Shown in pieces: positions 58,305-64,000 of a DNA stretch of 64,000 bases. The notes under the pieces are model-generated. The model was not told where the DNA came from and did no database searches. It worked only from the letters and a program-made list of their open reading frames with translations. Both the position numbers and the translations under genes were made by a program. The DNA is taken from the NCBI GenBank assembly GCA_963735805.1, contig CAVTMK010000002.1:960001-1024000 (forward strand). Direction: 5' to 3'. This DNA is from an uncultured Verrucomicrobiae bacterium. Lineage in GTDB: Bacteria > Verrucomicrobiota > Verrucomicrobiia > Chthoniobacterales > UBA10450. The stretch's first letter is position 1. Every line of letters starts with the position of its first letter.

Positions 58305-58466
58305 TGTGATCTCCTCCCTTCATTCCTTTATTGATTGCATCTTGCTGTTTTGTCATCCGAAAATGATTACTTTTGGTGGATCCCGCTATCATGGTCTTGG
58401 CGGAATAGTTTTCGGTTAGGACGAAGCTTGGCTTCGGCTTATTTTTTGCTTGATCGGATCCTCCGA

Positions 58467-58628
58467 TCTGATCATAACGAGGTTTCCCTGAGCACGATAG
58501 GCGGAACTACGCAAAACGGAGCGGTCGCATTCACCACGACCCATTGGAGCGTGGTGTTAACTGCTCAGGGAGAATCGCCGGCGGCACGGGAAGCGCTTGA
58601 GAAACTCTGCCGCACCTACTGGTGGCCG
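58467..58628 (+). pseudogene. N-terminal fragment of a PVC-type ECF sigma factor
   Basis: AFTTTHWSVVLTAQGESPAAREALEKLCRTYWWP, then similarity stops; no region 2.2-4. Confidence 0.7.
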
Positions 58629-58669
58629 CCCCGAAGCGTAGAAGGTTACACAGTGGATGCAGGCATGGG

Positions 58670-58696
58670 GCAGGGCGCCTTCGGAGGCGCCCCTGC
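58670..58696. repeat. GC-rich REP-like hairpin
   Basis: GCAGGGCGCCT-TCGG-AGGCGCCCCTGC. Confidence 0.55.
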
Positions 58697-58698
58697 GC

Positions 58699-58861
58699 AA
58701 TTGGTTTCGTGTTAGATGTTCTGGCTCGCGAAAGTGATTTAAGATCACACGATTCTAGCTCACCATCGCGGGAGAGCGTGCGCGATGCTACGGGTTTGGC
58801 TACGGATTGAAAATAGATGATTTCATTGGTTCTCAGGGCGTTGTCTTTTCATTGCTACCAA
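58699..58861. mobile_element. att-like composite site A
   Basis: Core TTTCGTG with arm TTAGATGTT, then AAGTGATTTAAGATC, GCTACGG x2, TGCTACCAA; homologous to 63392-63562. Confidence 0.5.
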
Positions 58862-58903
58862 GGGGAAACTTGGTTTTTGCGTTTACATCGCTTTGCGCGT
58901 AGT

Positions 58904-59836
58904 TCACGGATTCTTTCCGTTCGGTGCTGGCATCGTCTCACTCCGATGCCATGAGGTTGGGTCATGCACGGCGTCGACGACCTCACGAATTGAATCTATC
59001 ACTAGTTGTGGCTGCTCCATCTGGATCGCGTGGCCACTGTTTGTTTCGTTGATGTGTTTCGCGTTGAGAAGCTTTGCCAGACGATCCTGCGCGGTTCGCC
59101 ACGCCGGCCACGTATTCGCTCCTCCGGCACCAAAGTCGAATAGCTTATCCGAAGTAAGCAGGACGACAGGGGCAGGACGTACTCGTGGAGAGCTATGCAG
59201 CAGATCAAGCGTGCGCGCGTGGTCCGGCGCTTCCAGGCCGTTTGATTCGATCAGCTTTTTCGTGGCCTCAATGTACGTCGCCCATTGCGCAGGCGTCAGA
59301 GAGCTCTTCAGAAACTCCGAGGCGGAGTCGACCAGCACCAGGCCAGCGACCTCGGCTGGATACGTGCTCGCAAATAGCCTTGCAATCAGACCTCCCCAGG
59401 AGTGCCCGACAAGAACATAGGGCCCGGGTTCTCTTGATGCGATTAACACAGCATGCAGATCCGCAACGCCCTGTTGTGCGGTGGTCGGCTGTTGTACAGG
59501 CGTAGACTTAGTTTGTGTGTCATCATTCAGTGTGGTTCCAGGGCGATCGTAGGCACACACGCGGGTGAATTTGCTAACCTGCGGGAAGACAGCTGACTCA
59601 CCAGGTTTCGGCGCGCCATTCGGATTTTTAGGATCAATCAGATCGGTCCAGTCGTCGTGAGCGCCTCGCGTTCCTGATATAAGCACTACTGTAGGAGAAC
59701 CGGTGCCGCGGCATTCGAGATATATCTTGCGACCGCGACCGATGTCGACGAGGCCGCCAGCGCTGCTGGCTTCCCCGGCCGCAGCGATCACGACCTGAAA
59801 GAGGTTAATAAGAGTTACAACAAGGAAAAAACGCAT
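58904..59836 (-). CDS. Exported alpha/beta hydrolase
   Basis: Signal peptide, RVCAYDRPG, LVGHSWGG, SGHAIQMEQP. Confidence 0.88.
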   Translation of the reverse strand: MRFFLVVTLINLFQVVIAAAGEASSAGGLVDIGRGRKIYLECRGTGSPTVVLISGTRGAHDDWTDLIDPKNPNGAPKPGESAVFPQVSKFTRVCAYDRPGTTLNDDTQTKSTPVQQPTTAQQGVADLHAVLIASREPGPYVLVGHSWGGLIARLFASTYPAEVAGLVLVDSASEFLKSSLTPAQWATYIEATKKLIESNGLEAPDHARTLDLLHSSPRVRPAPVVLLTSDKLFDFGAGGANTWPAWRTAQDRLAKLLNAKHINETNSGHAIQMEQPQLVIDSIREVVDAVHDPTSWHRSETMPAPNGKNP

Positions 59837-59942
59837 GCCCGGAAGGAAATAACGATTCCAATCGCCATGTATATCCGCCGCTCAACACACAGCATATCCG
59901 CACATAAGCACTATCACAGGGAACTAATTCCCTCCAGATACC

Positions 59943-62861
59943 TTACTTAATAGCATCTAAGATGGCTGCATCCAGATAGAGGTAGGTCCATGTGGTAGGA
60001 TCGGAAGGGGCCGGTGGTTTTGGATGGAGGCTTGTCCAACCAGGAATGAAGGGCCTGGTCGTTGGCGTAAATCCAAAATCTGGGAATACTGTTTCTTCGA
60101 AGCTGATTGGAAGGGCATTCGAACCACTGGTTCCTGAGTAGGGTGTACGGACAGGTGCAATCTGACTATTCTGTCTGAGCATGGAGAGTCGTTTATCTGA
60201 GTAGCGTAAGAAATATCCTCCCCAATCCATATTAAAAGTGAAAGGGGAAACTGGACATCCGTTCTCATTAACAAGGTTTTTCGAAGCACTTATTGGATTG
60301 GTATTTGAAGGAAAACTATTGAAGACGGATATAAAGCTAAATTCCCGTCCATCTAAACAGCCAACAATCGAAGCTTGAGTACCGTTACCTAGGTATCCTG
60401 CATGTTTACGTTCACCAATAAAGTAATTTGGCGCAATGTCTCCTGCACTTCTCGAAAAGATATCTGTTACAAAAACCACTTTTGTTCCTTTAAAGACAGA
60501 ACCAGGGTAGAGCTTTTCATTCAATGAGACATCGAGGTATTGCGAACCTTGAAAATGCCTAGCCGCTTGAGCGACCGTATCTGACGTAAGATAATTTTGA
60601 GGCTGCCTTCGCGGATCCTTAAAAACATTGTACGTAAAATAGAGCTGTCGATTGGAGCCCATAAATTCCGCAATCGATAAGACATCAGGTTCTCCTCCTA
60701 AATTACCTACCTGATCGATAATGATTGCTTCACAGCCAATCGAATTGAACCACTGCATCATTTTACTATAAACACTCGATAAAGATTCGCGGAAAATCCG
60801 AGGGTTTTGTGATGTGTTTGGATTCTCTGGAGCATAAACGCCACGGCTATCCATGAAAATTTCCGGATCCATAAATCTGGAATCTCTCTTATACAGATAG
60901 CCAATTATTTTTCCTCCTGTGAGGGCTGGATTGATTTGGCCGAAGTAATGTGCATTTAAATTCAAAGTGTCATCATGATATGAGCCCATCGAGGCATAGT
61001 TAGGAGGGATATTGGGCTGAATAACCCCGTTAACCACGTTCGCTGGGATCACAAGACCTTCAAAATGAGCTCTACCAGCTGATGGATCCTTGATGAATGG
61101 ATATTCGAGGCCTATGACCGGATCGTTGGGGTTTGGTTGATCCGGTTCAAGCACACCGCGAATAGTAAAGACTAAATTATGAACGTTAACGAGATAATTA
61201 CCAAGAGCAGCATCATACTGAAATAGGGGATTGTAGTAATTAACCGGGTAAGGACAGTTAACCATGTTTTGCAGTCCGCCAGTTTTTTCTATACCCAGGC
61301 CGGACACCACATTCCTGTAGTCATAGAAATTATGGTAGTACCAATTCACACTAGGTTGTCCGAGTCTTACGCTGTCTCCAAATGATTCATTAGCAGACCC
61401 GTTGTTGAGGGCCGTTTGCAAATTATCAAAGGTGTCGATCAATCGGCAGCTTCCCGGCTGGGTATAGATATTTCTTTCAACATGGGTTGCTGTCCCAAAA
61501 ACGGCATAGAACCATGCAGCACAGGCGGCACAGAACTCATTGTACGTAGAGGCAGGTGATATCGAATGATTAACAGTGACAGTGATACCAGGAGGAAGGT
61601 TAATCCATCCCGTGGCAGGATCAACCAACGCTTGCAGACTCGATGTATCTAAATTCAATAGAAAACTGTTAAAAAGATCGTTATAACTTCCATGGGGTCC
61701 CTTATCGACAAAGGCGTCTTCCAAGTAGAGGTTAGCTCCTGCATTGAGTAACCCTATTCCATTACGATAAGTTCCATTGAGAATAGATAAGGCGCCAGTT
61801 GCACCTTCTATTGTCACGTTAGATCCAGGAGTCACATAACTAAAAAGTCCCTCGTCGCTCTCCGGGTCTCCGGTATAGATCGTGGTCCAAGTATCGCTCG
61901 GTATCCCGATCGTTGCGTAGTAAGCAGTATTAGTGATCCGGATTTTTCTTAGCGGAGTTGTCTTCTCAAACGTTCCATTCAAAAACTGGCTTGTTATTTC
62001 CTCTGCTATCGTCGGCCCTACATAATTTAGCGCCCCAGTATGCTGACTTGTCGACAAATTCGCGAACGTATTGGCAGAGGCATAATATTTAAACAAGTTA
62101 ACCGGATCATTCCAGTCTAGCCCACTTGTATCTACTGGTGGATTCTCCATTTTTTTGAAAATGGCCAGACCTGCCAAAGTCGTTTGTCCGGAATAGTGAT
62201 AATTGTAGTACTTAAATGCGCTGATCGTTTGATCATCGATTAGCTTTAATGTGTCGCCATTAATAAGTGATAAAATCGGGTCAAAAGAGCCCTCGAACGG
62301 AGGATTATAACCGTTTACCAATTCGTTGGGCCCCTTATAGAAATAAGAATTAGCGGTAGGAACACCAGGTACGGGGGGAAGCGGAACTGGACGGGAATCA
62401 AGCACATCGGGCTTCAATCTGGGAAAGCTATCCGTTCCATAAGTAGTGCAGATTTTCACAGGATAGACGGAAGTATCAATGTAGATGTACTGATCTTGTA
62501 GTGCCGAAGAAGGTCCGCCTGCATAAAACCCACTCATTGCTCCAATCATCGTATTACGCCACCACCCATGAAATTTGGAATTGTTAAAGTTATAAGTAGA
62601 ATTCGCATCGTTGAGCGCCAGCGCTGCGCCGCCAACACTGGGGTTGAAGTTGCCGGTCGTAAGCGGGTCGCACCCTTCTGCTGGAATAGGATGGCACGGT
62701 TCTGGTGTCGGCCGCGGATATGGCGTCGGCCGCGGACGCGGCGTCGGAGTAGGTCTCGGTTCTGGCGTCGGGCTGACAGCTTGCACCTGTGGCGAGAGTC
62801 CCGGTGACGCAAGGACGACGAGCGCGAGTGTCAGGTAAGCAACTCGGTTAATTGCTCTCAC
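59943..62861 (-). CDS. Large exported protein with Pro/Thr linker and C-terminal S41/CPAF-like peptidase domain
   Basis: Signal peptide, PTPTPRPRPTP; KIIGYL, AIIIDQVGNLGG, VFVTDIFSRSAGD; body visibly AT-rich. Confidence 0.7.
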   Translation of the reverse strand: MRAINRVAYLTLALVVLASPGLSPQVQAVSPTPEPRPTPTPRPRPTPYPRPTPEPCHPIPAEGCDPLTTGNFNPSVGGAALALNDANSTYNFNNSKFHGWWRNTMIGAMSGFYAGGPSSALQDQYIYIDTSVYPVKICTTYGTDSFPRLKPDVLDSRPVPLPPVPGVPTANSYFYKGPNELVNGYNPPFEGSFDPILSLINGDTLKLIDDQTISAFKYYNYHYSGQTTLAGLAIFKKMENPPVDTSGLDWNDPVNLFKYYASANTFANLSTSQHTGALNYVGPTIAEEITSQFLNGTFEKTTPLRKIRITNTAYYATIGIPSDTWTTIYTGDPESDEGLFSYVTPGSNVTIEGATGALSILNGTYRNGIGLLNAGANLYLEDAFVDKGPHGSYNDLFNSFLLNLDTSSLQALVDPATGWINLPPGITVTVNHSISPASTYNEFCAACAAWFYAVFGTATHVERNIYTQPGSCRLIDTFDNLQTALNNGSANESFGDSVRLGQPSVNWYYHNFYDYRNVVSGLGIEKTGGLQNMVNCPYPVNYYNPLFQYDAALGNYLVNVHNLVFTIRGVLEPDQPNPNDPVIGLEYPFIKDPSAGRAHFEGLVIPANVVNGVIQPNIPPNYASMGSYHDDTLNLNAHYFGQINPALTGGKIIGYLYKRDSRFMDPEIFMDSRGVYAPENPNTSQNPRIFRESLSSVYSKMMQWFNSIGCEAIIIDQVGNLGGEPDVLSIAEFMGSNRQLYFTYNVFKDPRRQPQNYLTSDTVAQAARHFQGSQYLDVSLNEKLYPGSVFKGTKVVFVTDIFSRSAGDIAPNYFIGERKHAGYLGNGTQASIVGCLDGREFSFISVFNSFPSNTNPISASKNLVNENGCPVSPFTFNMDWGGYFLRYSDKRLSMLRQNSQIAPVRTPYSGTSGSNALPISFEETVFPDFGFTPTTRPFIPGWTSLHPKPPAPSDPTTWTYLYLDAAILDAIK

Positions 62862-63001
62862 GTGTTCCTAGTTGTTTGTATAAAAAGCCTTCGTTGACGG
62901 TTGACCCTGCAAAAAGAGAGTCGGATGTAGCTCTGGATACAGACGCCCGACAGACTTAACGCGGGCGCGACTCTGCCAACGACCGAGATGAAGTGTCAAT
63001 G

Positions 63002-63190
63002 CTATTTTGCGGATCGCCGATTCCAGTTCCAGAAACTCCGCAAGCTTTTCATCCGCGGGACGACAAAATGATTTCCATCGCCGCGATGTGCATCAACAAT
63101 CCATATTATTCGGCCTTCTCTAATCACGATGCGATCGCATGTCCAATCGGCTTTTCGGAGGTTGTCAGCGATTGGGTGCCAATGATTCAC
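63002..63190 (-). pseudogene. Frameshifted remnant of a small conserved protein
   Basis: WHPIADNLRKADW...IWIVDAHRGDGNHFVV continues as ADEKLAEFLELESAIRK in a shifted frame; family recalled from memory, not searched. Confidence 0.55.
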
Positions 63191-63391
63191 CAAGCGCATT
63201 CTGCGACTATTACGTGCGGCTCTCGGCACTATTCAGTTCAACACAAATTCGGTCACAGCCTCATTAGCACATATTCGGTACTGGCGACTTAACGTCTATG
63301 CTAAATGAGCCACGATCCAGTGACTTTGAATCAGTTGTAACCGCTGGCTTCACTCGGAACGCGTTTGAAAAAAAAGGAAAACGAATCCGGT

Positions 63392-63562
63392 AACATTTGA
63401 CACGAAATCAGATTCTCGGGTCAAGTGATTTAAGATCGTGATTCCGTTTAGGTCTTACGGGACGAACTGCGAAATATTGCAGTGTTCGCTACGGATCGGC
63501 CTCGTAACTGCAGGAGTTTCTCGTCGCGACAGTTCTAGCACCATGCTACCAATTTGCTACCA
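63392..63562. mobile_element. att-like composite site B
   Basis: AACATTTGA-CACGAAA-TCAGATT core, AAGTGATTTAAGATC, GCTACGGAT, TGCTACCA x2 at 11-bp period. Confidence 0.5.
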
Positions 63563-63619
63563 TTGTGGTTTGCACGAAAATACACGCTCGTGCAACATTT
63601 ACCTGGGAAATAGCATTTT

Positions 63620-63692
63620 GCACCGTTAGCTCAATTGGCAGAGCAAGTGACTCTTAATCACTGGGTTGCAGGTTCGATTCCTGCACGGTGCA
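63620..63692 (+). tRNA. tRNA-Lys (anticodon CTT), CCA not encoded
   Basis: Acceptor GCACCGT/ACGGTGC, D stem GCTC/GAGC, anticodon arm AGTGA-CTCTTAA-TCACT, T arm GCAGG-TTCGATT-CCTGC. Confidence 0.97.
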
Positions 63693-63702
63693 CAATATTC
63701 GT

Positions 63703-64000
63703 CTAATCGACGTATCTTTGCGCAATCGGCATCTTGCGCCCTATCCCAAAGGCGCGGCTTGTTACCTTTAAACCGGGCGCGGCTTGCTCCCGCTTGTATT
63801 CGTTGAGATCGACTCGGCGCTGCACCCAGCGCACCGTTTCCTCGTCGAATCCACGGGCGATGATGTCGCGCGCGCTTAAATTTTCCTCGACGTAAAGCTG
63901 CAGGATTTGATCGAGAACCTCATACGAAGGCAATGTGTCCTGATCTTTTTGATTTGGTTTTAACTCTGCGCTGGGCGGTTTTTCGATGGTCGATGTTGGA
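63703..64000 (-). CDS. nadE: NAD+ synthetase, C-terminal part (truncated by window edge)
   Basis: [38 protein letters not shown]. Confidence 0.92.
   Translation of the reverse strand, partial: PTSTIEKPPSAELKPNQKDQDTLPSYEVLDQILQLYVEENLSARDIIARGFDEETVRWVQRRVDLNEYKREQAAPGLKVTSRAFGIGRKMPIAQRYVD

Noticed and set aside
58670..58720. Integron attC site (GTTAGAT fits GTTRRRY, hairpin upstream)
   Set aside because: No complementary RYYYAAC end upstream, no cassette array and no integron integrase.
58892..58909. TTTGCGCGTAGTTCACGG as a displaced tRNA 5' fragment
   Set aside because: Too short and gapped, and it overlaps the hydrolase stop codon; cannot be supported.
1..64000. CRISPR array, transposase, integrase or rRNA
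   Set aside because: No regularly spaced repeat-spacer array and no such genes were seen.

Overview
64-kb bacterial chromosomal window. Protein features, gene order and repeat style point to Verrucomicrobiota, probably soil Chthoniobacterales (Ca. Udaeobacter-like); this is an inference from recalled sequence features, not a search. 1-15.5 kb is the fusA-S10-spc-alpha ribosomal protein cluster, which departs from the canonical order: a probable exported coiled-coil gene sits between rpsS and rplV, rpsN, rpmD, rpoA and rplQ are missing from their usual positions, SecY has an extra C-terminal hydrophobic helix, and many r-proteins have extensions. 15.5-57.7 kb is mostly core genes: mqnE-mqnA, recJ-recG-degP (frameshifted), CADD-type pABA synthase, treS-mak, three ECF sigma factors, clpS, ybeY, ndh, an isolated rpmI, SRP RNA, nrdR with an ATP-cone-like partner, prs-rplY-pth-rpsF-ssb-dprA-topB, two desaturases, rlmN, pepN, an isolated rpmH and a ferritin-like gene. 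57.8-63.6 kb is an accessory, partly decayed region beside tRNA-Lys(CTT). It holds a SET-domain gene with a probable CTG start, a truncated ECF sigma, a hydrolase, a chimeric AT-rich S41/CPAF-like gene and a pseudogene. The last three are bracketed by two homologous att-like composite sites whose cores are inverted, a candidate invertible or rearranged 4.7-kb segment. rpmJ, rpmH, SRP RNA and tRNA-Lys are not in the ORF track and were read directly from the sequence.
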